Positions 7,496 through 16,561 of a stretch of 64,000 nt of DNA are shown one piece after another. Made by a program: the position numbers and the translations under genes. This stretch comes from an uncultured delta proteobacterium (GTDB lineage: Bacteria > Desulfobacterota > RBG-13-43-22). The first letter of the stretch is position 1; every line of letters starts with the position of its first letter. The notes under the pieces are model-generated. The model saw only the letters and a program-made list of their open reading frames with translations, made no database searches and was not told the DNA's origin. The DNA is taken from contig CAVQSS010000006.1 of NCBI GenBank assembly GCA_963716045.1, positions 1,743 to 65,742 on the forward strand. Direction: 5' to 3'.

Positions 7496-8479
7496 TTGGA
7501 TGAAGGCGACGATCAAGCATTCTATTCCCTGGACCGCTTCGTCTCCCACCTGGACTCTTTGGCCCTTTCCACTGTGGAGAAGATCATTAGAGACCTGGTG
7601 GTGGAAGACCGTCCGGTCATCCTGGATCTCATGGCCGGTTGGGATTCCCATATCCCGGAGGGGATCCGGGCGACCCGTCTGGTCGGCCTGGGTTTGAATG
7701 AAAATGAACTTCAGAAGAACAAGGCCCTGACGGAATACAGGATTCATGATCTGAACGAGAACCCGACGCTCCCTTTCCCGGACCGGACCTTTGATGTGGT
7801 GCTGAATACCGTTTCGGTCGACTATCTGACCCAACCTTTGCGGGTATTTGAAGAAGTGCTCCGAGTGCTGAAACCCGGGGGATTATTTCTGGTTATTTTC
7901 TCCAATCGCATGTTCCCCGAGAAGGCGGTCAAGATCTGGCGGGAGGCCAACGAAGAAGAACGGGTCCTTCTGGTAGAGGATTTCTTCAGGGAGGCCGGGA
8001 AGTTTGAAAAACCCGAGCTTTTCATTTCTAAAGGAAAACCCCGGCCCAAAGACGACAAATATGCCCACATGGGAATCGCCAGCGATCCCATTTACGCGGT
8101 CTTCGCCGACAAGATCGGCGGCGACCCATCAAGAAAAAAAAGGAGAATCAACATGCCGACCGCAAGTCGCAAGCTCAGTCCGGAAGAGTTAAAAGAAATT
8201 GAAAAGGGTGTCAAGGATACCCTCTGCTGCCCTTACTGCGGGGAAAAAATGAAGAAATGGGCCGTTCCCGACAACCCCTTTTCTCAGACCTGGGACAATG
8301 AATTCATGTACATCTGCTTCAACGACGCCTGCCCCTACTATGTCCGGGGCTGGGATCACATGGCCCGGGAAATGCAAAAAAGCGTTTCCTACCGCCTCAT
8401 GTACAACCCCGATCGGGATTATTGCCTGCCCATTCCCGTGCCGTCGCCCTTTGCCTTGAAGGAGGGGATTGTGGAGTAA
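7496..8479 (+). CDS. class I SAM-dependent methyltransferase with C-terminal Cys-rich (zinc-ribbon-like) domain
   Basis: VILDLMAGWDSH, LNTVSVDYL and LKPGGLFLVIFSN motifs. The C-terminus has CCPYCGEKMKKW...CFNDACPYY. The start is uncertain: TTG 7496 or CTG 7460, and the frame is open from 7445. Confidence 0.75.
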   Translation: MDEGDDQAFYSLDRFVSHLDSLALSTVEKIIRDLVVEDRPVILDLMAGWDSHIPEGIRATRLVGLGLNENELQKNKALTEYRIHDLNENPTLPFPDRTFDVVLNTVSVDYLTQPLRVFEEVLRVLKPGGLFLVIFSNRMFPEKAVKIWREANEEERVLLVEDFFREAGKFEKPELFISKGKPRPKDDKYAHMGIASDPIYAVFADKIGGDPSRKKRRINMPTASRKLSPEELKEIEKGVKDTLCCPYCGEKMKKWAVPDNPFSQTWDNEFMYICFNDACPYYVRGWDHMAREMQKSVSYRLMYNPDRDYCLPIPVPSPFALKEGIVE

Positions 8480-8791
8480 AACACGAAAACAAAAGGCGTT
8501 TCTGGTTGCTGGTTTAAGGGAACGATAATGGATAACAGCCGAGTTTACGGTCTTTCGTAGGGGAGGGGCCTTCGGCGAGCCCTTCGACAAGCTTAGGGCC
8601 TTGAGTTTACCGAAAGGCTCAGGCGAGCCGTTAATCCCCTCCCGCCCCTCCCCCAACCACAGCCGGGCGGGTATAAAACCCGCCCCTACGAAAAACGCCA
8701 AATAGTCGAACATTGAACATCGAACGCCCAACATCGAATGAAAAACAAACGCTCATTGAACGTTCGATGTTGGAAGTTCGATGTTCGACGT
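8480..8791. repeat. repeat-filled convergent intergenic region, including a family C hairpin at 8705-8789
   Basis: Contains a TTGCTGGTT unit (8494-8516), a GGGGAGGGG...CCCCTCCC inverted segment, a GCGGGTATAAAACCCGC hairpin and the GTCGAACATTGAACATCGAACGCCCAAC hairpin. ORFs 8189-8734 and 8738-9022 are artefacts. Confidence 0.7.
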
Positions 8792-9834
8792 TCATTTCTT
8801 TTCTTTCAGGGTCGGGTCCAGGATTTCCACCTTGGCTTTTTTTCGGAGATCCGCCACGTATTCATTAACGGTCTTTTGAAATTTCTCATTTTTCATCTGG
8901 GCCTCGACCTGCTGGCGAACCTCCGCCAGAGGGGTCACTCCCGGGGGCTTTTTTCCGTAGACCAGGATCAGATGAAAACCGAACTGGGTCTCCACCACGG
9001 GACTGACCTCTCCCTCCTTTAGGGCAAAGGCCGCTGTTTCAAAGGCCGGGACCATCCGGCCTTTTCCAAAATATCCCAAATCGCCGCCCCGGGTCTTACT
9101 CGGGCAATCGGAATAGGTTTTGGCTAATTCGGAGAAATCTTTGCCGGCCTGGACTTCCTTAAGCACGGTTTCTATTTTTTCCTTGGCCTGCTTCTTTTGT
9201 TCCTCGGTGGCCTCCTTGGGCACCTGAATCAGGATGTGGCGTGCCCCTACCAGTTCTCCATGGCGATACCGCTCCTGATTGGCCTGGTAAGCCGCTTCCA
9301 GTTCCGCGTCGGTGACTTTCACCAGCGGCTGGATCTTCTGGCTGATGACGGCCCGGACATAAATATTCTTTTTAATATTGTCCCTGGCCTGGTCCATCGT
9401 CAGTCCCTCTTTGGTCAATTGCTCCTCGAATTTCTCCTTGGAACCGGCTTGTTTTTCAGCCGCTGTCCACATGGCCTCCACCTGCTTGTCCACTTCGGGG
9501 AGGTTCAAGCCCTTCCCTTCCTGATAAAGCAATTCCACGGCCACGAACTGGTCCAGGGCCTTGCGTCGAAGCGCTTCCGGGCCCTCTTTACCGCTTCCTT
9601 TTCTCCAAACTGGCGGCTCATTTCCCGAATCGTCATCTGCAGGTCCCGCTCGTAGATTTTCGTACCCTCAACCACCGCCACCGCCGCCTCGGCTTTGTCC
9701 GACGGGGTTTTTTCCTTGGGGGCGGGAGGGGTCTCCTGCGCCCAAACCGTAAAAGCCATCAAGATGCTCAGGACCCAGGATCCAACCCAAACCACACTTT
9801 GTACTTTTTTTGGCATAACCGCTCTCCATTCCAT
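8792..9834 (-). CDS. SurA/PpiC-type peptidyl-prolyl isomerase (parvulin), secreted; frameshifted at T-run 9587-9589
   Basis: Signal peptide VWVGSWVLSILMAFTVWA. Parvulin domain ARHILIQ...GGDLGYFGKGRMVPAFE...FGFHLILV. The two track ORFs join as ...EKEAVKEGPEALRRKALDQFVAVELLYQ... with one extra base in the run. The start may be Met at 9816. Confidence 0.75.
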
Positions 9835-10065
9835 GATTTCTTTGCCGGGCTGCTTTCGCCCAGGGATTTATTATAACCCATGCCGGAGGCAAAAAAAACC
9901 TTTTTGCAAAACAAAGTCAGATATGCTATTAGGATCAATTGCTTCGGATTAATCGACAATCTCTCCAACTAAAAGGCGTTGCAGGTTGCAAGTTACTGGT
10001 TGCCGGTTAAAGAGACGGATACTGGAGTAAAACCGAACTCCCCTGCGAAAAACGAAAAGAGGGCC

Positions 10066-11346
10066 ATGAAAAACCGAGTCGCCGGGTACTTTGACCCCCA
10101 GGGGGAAACCCTGGCCGTTGACCTTAAAAATGATTTCCAGCTCCGGAAGCTTGGTGAAATCCTTCCTCTGGCCTACCGGGGATCGGCGGCCGTCCGGGAA
10201 AATTTTGACCGCCTGGGCCTGAAAGCCGAAGAAATCCAATCTATCCGGGATCTGGAACGGATCCCGATCACCAAAAAATCGGAGTTGATTGCCATTCAGA
10301 AAGAGCGCCCGCCCTTCGGTGGACGCCTGACCCTTCCTTTAAACCAGCTTAAACGCATCTATGTTTCACCGGGACCCATATTCGACCCCTTGGGCCCAGG
10401 CCGGGCCGATCCCCGCTGCTGCAAGTGTGTTTTTGCCGCCGGAATCCGGCCGGGCGACCTGGTTCAGAATACTTTCTTGTATCATTTTACTCCGTTTGGG
10501 CTATATTTCGATGATGCCCTGGTGGAAATGGGCTGCACCGTAATCCCGGCCGGGGTAGGCAACACAGAACTTCAGGCCCAGGTCATGCAGGCCCTGAAGG
10601 TGAACGGCTATATCGGGACCCCCAGTTTTCTTAAAGCCATCATTGGACAAAGTGGTGGAGTTGGGGTTTGATCCGCAAAAGGACCTGGATTTAAAGTGGC
10701 GGTGGTAGGGGCCGAAATGCTGGCTGAATCCCTCCGGACCGAACTCGAATCCCGGGTGGGCCTGAAGGTCCGCCAGGCCTACGGTACGGCCGACGTGGGC
10801 CTGATCGGCCATGAGTGTCCGGAAAAAAACGGCTATCACCTGTTCGATATGGAAATGCTCTTCGAGGTGGTGGACCCTTCCACCGGACGGCAAATCCCCC
10901 CCGGGGAAATCGGAGAGCTGGTGGTCACCAGCTTCAATCCGGTGTATCCTCTGATTCGCTTCGGCACCGGGGACCTGACCGCCATCGACGATTCTCCCTG
11001 CCCCTGTGGCCGGACAGCTCCCCGTCTGAAAGGGTTGTACGGTCGAGTGGATCAGGTCACCAAGGTCCGGGCCATGTTCATCCATCCCAGCCAGGTGGAT
11101 CAGGTCATTGGCCGGAATCAGGAAGTAGCCCGTTGCCGGGTAGTCGTGACCCAGCAAAACCATCAGGATGAAATGAACTTTCAGATCGAACTGAAGGACG
11201 AGGCGATAGAACCAGAGCCGCTGCTTAAAAAAATGCGGGAAGATATCCGGGAAATCATGCGGCTCCGAGGCGAAGTGGTCATCGTACCCCGGGGGACCAT
11301 CCCCGCCGACGCCAAGAAGATCGAAGACCGGCGGAACTGGGAATGA
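10066..11346 (+). CDS. paaK: phenylacetate-CoA ligase (PaaK) family adenylate-forming enzyme, with two compensating frameshifts near 10641-10650 and 10693-10695
   Basis: Track ORFs 9979-10671 and 10696-11346 share one frame. Between the two shifts another frame reads LDKVVELGFDPQKDLDLK, which fits the family linker. Other motifs are IPITKKSELI, GTPSFL and CPCGRTAPRL. Confidence 0.8.
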
Positions 11347-11357
11347 GGGTTAACCGG

Positions 11358-11403
11358 TTAATAATTAACAATTAATTATTGATTATTGATAATTTGTCTT
11401 TTC
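11358..11403. repeat. family A AT-rich repeat
   Basis: ttaataattaacaattaattattgattattgataatttgtctttt, nearly identical to 5573-5616. Confidence 0.8.
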
Positions 11404-11421
11404 AGGAAAGGAAATCCAGCC

Positions 11422-12579
11422 ATGCAATATAGTCTGACAGAAGAACAGCTCATGCTAAAGGATATGGTCGGCCGATTGGCCAAGGAAAAGATCGCCCCCG
11501 GGGCGGCGGAGCGGGACGAAAAGGGGGAATTCGCCGCGGACATGGTGGAATTGTTTCGCGAAAACGGCCTTTTTGCCGCCGATTTTCCTAAGGAATACGG
11601 CGGGGAGGAAATGGGACTCCTGGCTTTGTGCCTGATTATCGAGGAGGTGGCCAAGGCCTGCGCCTCCAGCTCGCTCATCCTGGCCGTCCATGAACTGGGC
11701 ACCATGCCCATCTTTCTGGCCGGAAATAAAGCGCAGAAGGATAAATACTTCCCCAAACTGGCCACGGGTGAATATCTCGCGGCCTTTGGTCTGACCGAAC
11801 CGAATGCCGGATCCGATGTGTCCGGCCTGACCACCAAGGCCGTCCGGGACGGGGATCATTATGTCCTCAACGGCAGAAAAATTTTTATTTCCCACGGGGA
11901 CGTGGCCCAGGTGGTCTGCGTGGCCGCCAAAACCAACCTGGAGGTCCCCGGCCACAAGGGAATCAGCATGTTTATCGTGGAACAAGGGACCCCGGGCTTT
12001 ATCATCGGCAAGCATGAAAATAAAATGGGGATCCGAGGCTCCTCCACGGTGGAAATCATCCTGGAGGATGTGCGGGTGCCCCGGGAAAACCTGCTCGGTC
12101 AAGAGGGAATGGGCTTTACCATCCTGATGAAGACCCTCGATTTCACCCGTATCCCGGTGGCCGCCCAGGCCCTGGGCATCGCCCAGGGGGCCCTGGACTA
12201 CGCCATCAATTATACCAAGGAGCGCGTCCAGTTCGGGAAACCTGTTTTTGCCAATCAGGGCATCCAGTGGATGATCGCCGAAATGGCCGCCAAACTGGAG
12301 GCCGCCCGGCAACTGACCTACAAGGCCGCCGCCCTGTACCAGACTTTCCCCAAAAATTTAGACCGGATGACGGCCGAAGCCGTCCGCTATTCGGCCATGT
12401 GCAAAATGTTTGCCGCCGACATGGCCATGAGTGTGACCACCGATTGCGTCCAACTGCTGGGGGGTTACGGCTTTATCAAGGAATACCCGGTGGAACGGAT
12501 GATGCGGGACGCCAAGATCACCCAGATCTATGAAGGCACCTCGCAGGTGCAGAAGATGGTGATTGCTTCGACGCTCTAA
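11422..12579 (+). CDS. acyl-CoA dehydrogenase (short/medium-chain type)
   Basis: MQYSLTEEQ..., GLTEPNAGSD, and C-terminal YEGTSQVQKMVIA. The ATG at 11422 is preferred over the repeat-embedded start at 11386. Confidence 0.9.
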   Translation: MQYSLTEEQLMLKDMVGRLAKEKIAPGAAERDEKGEFAADMVELFRENGLFAADFPKEYGGEEMGLLALCLIIEEVAKACASSSLILAVHELGTMPIFLAGNKAQKDKYFPKLATGEYLAAFGLTEPNAGSDVSGLTTKAVRDGDHYVLNGRKIFISHGDVAQVVCVAAKTNLEVPGHKGISMFIVEQGTPGFIIGKHENKMGIRGSSTVEIILEDVRVPRENLLGQEGMGFTILMKTLDFTRIPVAAQALGIAQGALDYAINYTKERVQFGKPVFANQGIQWMIAEMAAKLEAARQLTYKAAALYQTFPKNLDRMTAEAVRYSAMCKMFAADMAMSVTTDCVQLLGGYGFIKEYPVERMMRDAKITQIYEGTSQVQKMVIASTL

Positions 12580-12582
12580 AGG

Positions 12583-12715
12583 CCGTGAGGCGTTAGGCGT
12601 GAGGAGTAAGGGGAAAAAACAACTTTAAGGAAAGAGGTTCTTTGCGCAGGTTGCCTGGTGATAAATTAGTCAGTCCGACTAAAACGCCTTGCTCCTTACG
12701 CCTTGCTCCTTACGG
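12583..12715. repeat. intercistronic long hairpin with tandem-unit arms (GGCGTGAG / CTTACGCC type)
   Basis: Arm 12583-12613 and arm 12687-12715 are complementary apart from a few transitions and mismatches. The spacer is ~73 nt. Confidence 0.7.
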
Positions 12716-12724
12716 GTTTTATCG

Positions 12725-13609
12725 ATGGAAATGATTCTGCAAATCATCGTCAGCGGCCTGGCCACCGGCGGAGTGTACGGATTGATCGCCCTGGGCTTTG
12801 TGCTGATTTACAAGGCCACCAGCGTCCTGAACCTGGCCATGGGCGATTTCATGACCCTGGGTGCCTTCATCTGCCTGACCGTTCTGGAAAAATTTCAGGC
12901 GCCCTTTTATGTGGCCTTCCTGGTTACCCTGCTCTGCGCCTTTATCATCGGAGTGGCCGTGGAACGGGTGATCCTCCGCCCGCTGATCGGGGAGCCGGTC
13001 ATTTCCGTCATCATGGTCACCATCGGTCTGGGCGTGATGTTGCGGGGGATCATGTACATGGTCTGGACCCCCGTCTTTCGGAACTTACCGGCCATATTTC
13101 CCCCCCAGCCGCTCAACCTGGGTTTTGCGATCGTCCCCTCCGGCCTGCTCTGGGGTTTTATCTTTGCCGTCATCGGGACCTTTGTCTTTCTTTTCATCTT
13201 TAAGTTCTCCCGGACCGGAGTGGCCATGCGGGCCACGGCCAACGACCAGCAGGCCGCCCAATCCATGGGCATCAGCGTCCGCTGGGTATTTGCCCTGGCC
13301 TGGAGCTTCGGCGCCATCGCTTCGGTGATCGGAGGGATCGTCATCGGCAATCTTTCCGGCATCAGCGTCTACATGGGGGATATCGGGCTCAAGGTGCTGG
13401 CCGTCATCATTCTCGGAGGATTGGACAGCATCGGAGGCGCCATCCTGGGGGGGTTCATTATCGGGGTCCTGGAAAACCTGGCCGGTTTCTATATCGATCC
13501 CCTGGTCGGCGGGGGAATAAAAAGCGTGGCCCCTTTCTTTTTTCTGGTGGTCATTCTGATGATCCGGCCCTATGGGCTGTTCGGGAAGAAATTGATCGAG
13601 CGGGTATAG
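12725..13609 (+). CDS. livH: branched-chain amino acid-type ABC transporter permease (LivH family)
   Basis: MEMILQIIVSGLATGGVYGLIALGFVLIY. Multi-pass membrane protein of typical length. Confidence 0.9.
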   Translation: MEMILQIIVSGLATGGVYGLIALGFVLIYKATSVLNLAMGDFMTLGAFICLTVLEKFQAPFYVAFLVTLLCAFIIGVAVERVILRPLIGEPVISVIMVTIGLGVMLRGIMYMVWTPVFRNLPAIFPPQPLNLGFAIVPSGLLWGFIFAVIGTFVFLFIFKFSRTGVAMRATANDQQAAQSMGISVRWVFALAWSFGAIASVIGGIVIGNLSGISVYMGDIGLKVLAVIILGGLDSIGGAILGGFIIGVLENLAGFYIDPLVGGGIKSVAPFFFLVVILMIRPYGLFGKKLIERV

Positions 13610-13751
13610 GTTTGTTGCTGGTTACTCGTTGCTGGTTACTGGATAAACAACCTAAATGAATTGTGATGAATCGAATTTTGGACAGGACTTCAATGGATTT
13701 TGTCTCCAATGACTACCAACCGGCAACCAACAACGTGCAACCAGCAACAGG
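13610..13751. repeat. intercistronic long hairpin with tandem-unit arms (TTGCTGGTTAC type)
   Basis: Arm 13610-13642 and arm 13716-13751 are complementary with 5 mismatches. The spacer is ~73 nt. Related half-units occur at 8494-8516 and 9972-10008. Confidence 0.7.
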
Positions 13752-13760
13752 TTCTTGATC

Positions 13761-14804
13761 ATGCGCTGCGGCGATTTTAAAGAATCATATATTCAGGACG
13801 ACGCCATTTTTCAGTCCGGATTCGTCAAGCTTTTTCTGGCCCTCTTTTTTGTTTTCCTCCTGGTCTTTCCCTTTGTGGCCAACGCCTACATGCTCTACCT
13901 GGCCAACATGATCGGATTTGCCGTCATCGGGGCCGTGGGGTTGAACCTGCTCACCGGCTTTACCGGGCAAATATCGCTGGGCCACTCGGCCTTTATCGGG
14001 GTGGGGGCCTATACCTCGGCCATCCTGATCACCAAACTGGGCTTCTCCTTCTGGCTGTCGCTGCCCTTCGCCGGGCTGGTCTCGGCCCTGGCCGGTCTGA
14101 TCATCGGCCTCCCTTCCCTGCGGGTCAAAGGCCTGTATCTCTGCATCGCCACTCTGGCCTCCCAATTCATTCTCGAATTTATTTTTGTGCACTGGGAATC
14201 CATGACCAAGGGGATCACCGGCATTCATATTCCAGCCCCCCAGATCGGCGGTTTCATTTTTTCTACCGAGAAAAAGTTCTATTGGATCACCCTGTTTTTT
14301 GTCATCATCGCCGTGGCCTATGCCCGAAATCTCGTTCGCTCCCGTATGGGCCGGGCCTTTGTGGCCATCCGCGACCGGGACCTGTCGGCCGAAATTATCG
14401 GTATCGATCTCCTGCGATACAAATTGAGCGCCTTCGCCATCAGTTCCTTTTATGCCGGCGTGGCCGGCGCCCTCTGGGTAAGTTTCCTGAAGGTGGTCAC
14501 CCCGGAGCATTTTCCCTTTATCCTGAGCATCCAATTCCTGGCCATGATCATCATCGGGGGAATGGGCAGCATCCTGGGCTCGATCTTCGGCGCCATCTTC
14601 ATGACCATTGTCCCGGAATTTCTGGGCTATGCGGCCACGGTGGTGAAGACGCAGGCGCCCGGGTATGATCAGTTGTTCATTCCCATGAAAGAAGTGATCT
14701 TCGGGGGATTGATTATCCTTTTCCTGATCTTTGAGCCTCATGGACTGGCGGAAATCTGGAACCGTATCAAGAGCGTCTTTCGACTGTGGCCGTTTTCATA
14801 TTAA
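13761..14804 (+). CDS. livM: ABC transporter permease (LivM family)
   Basis: LNLLTGFTGQISLGHSAFIGVGAY motif. Start is ATG 13761 or TTG 13755. Confidence 0.9.
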   Translation: MRCGDFKESYIQDDAIFQSGFVKLFLALFFVFLLVFPFVANAYMLYLANMIGFAVIGAVGLNLLTGFTGQISLGHSAFIGVGAYTSAILITKLGFSFWLSLPFAGLVSALAGLIIGLPSLRVKGLYLCIATLASQFILEFIFVHWESMTKGITGIHIPAPQIGGFIFSTEKKFYWITLFFVIIAVAYARNLVRSRMGRAFVAIRDRDLSAEIIGIDLLRYKLSAFAISSFYAGVAGALWVSFLKVVTPEHFPFILSIQFLAMIIIGGMGSILGSIFGAIFMTIVPEFLGYAATVVKTQAPGYDQLFIPMKEVIFGGLIILFLIFEPHGLAEIWNRIKSVFRLWPFSY

Positions 14805-15303
14805 ACCAGGATTTGGGGCACCTGCCCCAAATCCTGGGATAAAGGCCCTTCAAAAAGACAAATTATTAACAATTATTAATTAAGAATTGATTATTGATTA
14901 TTGGCCAAAAGGTGCCCTCGACTTTATTTACATACTAACCCTCAGGCCCGGGGTGGGCACCCTCGAAGCATGAAAATTTAACCGTTAGATATCCCAGCTT
15001 GTCATCCTGAGCCCTTCGCCTGCTGTCATCCTGAGCGAAGCGAAGGATCTCGTCTTTCGGCTCAGGATAAACTCCGCGAAGGATCTCGTCTTTCGAGCCC
15101 AAAGCTTGCCAGGGGATTCTTCAGAATGACAGTTGCTGGTTATTTACATACTAAACCCAGGCTTCGGGGCCCCTGTCCCCAAGCCTGAAAATAAAAGGGG
15201 GAGACATAAGCCTAACTGCCTGACATTAATAATCAATAATCAATTGTCAATTATTAATTAATCTATAATGTAAACAACCAACCAAAGGAGGAGGGTATTC
15301 ATT
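14805..15303. repeat. 500-nt intercistronic gap packed with repeats
   Basis: Contents in order: a 13-bp perfect hairpin (14806-14837), family A (14853-14902), a GGCCAAAAGGTGCC...CATACTAACCC-hairpin-CATGAAAAT module (14897-14978), family B units (14992-15132), a second CATACTAAACCC module (15143-15192) and family A (15225-15262). Confidence 0.75.
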
Positions 15304-16473
15304 ATGAAAAAAGCGTTACTGTTTGTCATGGTTATGGTGATCTTCCTGGGCGTCTCCCAGATCGTCCAGGCCCAGCAGACCTACACCCTGGGGGCGGTGC
15401 ACCCCTTTACCGGCCGCTTTGCCTTTGCCGGCGTTCACGGCCAGGATGCCATGAAGGACGCCGTGGACATGACCAACGAGGCCGGGGGCATCAACGGCAA
15501 GAAGCTGCAGTATTTCTGGAAGGACGGCGAATACAAGGACGATGTGGGCATTGCCGCCTTCAAAAGCCTCTACACTCAGTACAAACCTCAGATCATGTGG
15601 GGCCAGAGCACCGGCATGACCAAGGCCCTGGGACCGGAGATCAAAGACCGTTATAAGGTGCTGTATTCGGCCTACACCTTTGCCGATGTGGCCGCCAACC
15701 CCAAGGAAAACCCCTATCTGTTCATTCCCGGCCCGACGTATGCGGAAATGTTTGCCGTGCTGCTCAATTACATCGCCAAACAGAAACCCGGGGCGAATGT
15801 GGCCTTCTTTTACAGCGACACCGAATTCGGTCGGGAACCCATTGCCTTCGGCCGGGAGTATGCCAAAAAATTGGGCTTGAAAGTCGTGGCCGAAGAAGTG
15901 ACCAAGGCGGGAGGGGTGGACGTGACCACCAATATCCTGAACATGAAGCAGAAAAACGTGGAATTTTGTATTTTTCAGGGCTATGTGAACGACCCCATTG
16001 CCCAGGTGATGAAACAGTCCAAGGATTACGGGCTGAAGTGTCAGTTCATGGGTACCTTCTGGTCCACCGAAAAACACCTGCTGGATTCGCTGGGCCCTCT
16101 GTCCGATGAATATATCGGGGTCACGGCTTATTCCTTCTATTATCAGGACCAGTACCCCATGATCAAGAAGATTCGGGATTGGGTTCAGAAGCACAACCCC
16201 AAGGGCGCCGACTACCGATCCCAGGCCTACATGCAGGTCTTTATGGGCACCACCCTGATGATCGAGGCCCTCAAGCGGGCGGACAAAGCCGGACCGGTGA
16301 CCGGCGACAGCCTGGTCAAGGCCCTCCAGTCCATCAAGAATTTCGACGTGGGCGGATTGATGCCGCCGGTGACCATCAAGGGCAACAGCATCCCGGTGGG
16401 GCGGGTAGTCAAGGGGAATTCCAAGACCGGCAAGTTTGATCCCATTACGGATTGGATTATTTTAGACCTGTAA
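15304..16473 (+). CDS. ABC transporter substrate-binding protein (LivJ/K-like, periplasmic)
   Basis: AAAGGAGGAGG SD. Signal peptide MKKALLFVMVMVIFLGVSQIVQA. Type I periplasmic binding fold length (389 aa). Confidence 0.9.
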   Translation: MKKALLFVMVMVIFLGVSQIVQAQQTYTLGAVHPFTGRFAFAGVHGQDAMKDAVDMTNEAGGINGKKLQYFWKDGEYKDDVGIAAFKSLYTQYKPQIMWGQSTGMTKALGPEIKDRYKVLYSAYTFADVAANPKENPYLFIPGPTYAEMFAVLLNYIAKQKPGANVAFFYSDTEFGREPIAFGREYAKKLGLKVVAEEVTKAGGVDVTTNILNMKQKNVEFCIFQGYVNDPIAQVMKQSKDYGLKCQFMGTFWSTEKHLLDSLGPLSDEYIGVTAYSFYYQDQYPMIKKIRDWVQKHNPKGADYRSQAYMQVFMGTTLMIEALKRADKAGPVTGDSLVKALQSIKNFDVGGLMPPVTIKGNSIPVGRVVKGNSKTGKFDPITDWIILDL

Positions 16474-16557
16474 GGGTGTAGGACGCAGGGGGTAGGGGGT
16501 AGGGCTGAGGGGAATTCCCCTACACCCCACACCCCACACCCCCAACCCCCAACCCTC
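16474..16557. repeat. G-tract / C-tract inverted element centred on GGGGAATTCCCC
   Basis: Plus strand GGGGGTAGGGGGTAGGGCTGAGGGG (16488-16512) is followed by CCCCTACACCCCACACCCCACACCCCCAACCCCCAACCC (16517-16555). Confidence 0.7.
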
Positions 16558-16561
16558 AAAA

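Noticed and set aside
10669-10671. The in-frame TGA in the PaaK-family gene as a selenocysteine codon.
   Set aside because: The surrounding 50 nt read as family-typical sequence in another frame, which indicates two compensating indels. No convincing hairpin follows the TGA.
4585-13751. The idea that G-U wobble pairs show which strand the long hairpins function on as RNA.
   Set aside because: The results are mixed. The mismatches in 4585-4679 and 12583-12715 are mostly G-U compatible on the plus (sense) RNA. Those in 13610-13751 fit the minus strand better (3 wobble pairs against 1). No consistent strand signal can be claimed by eye.
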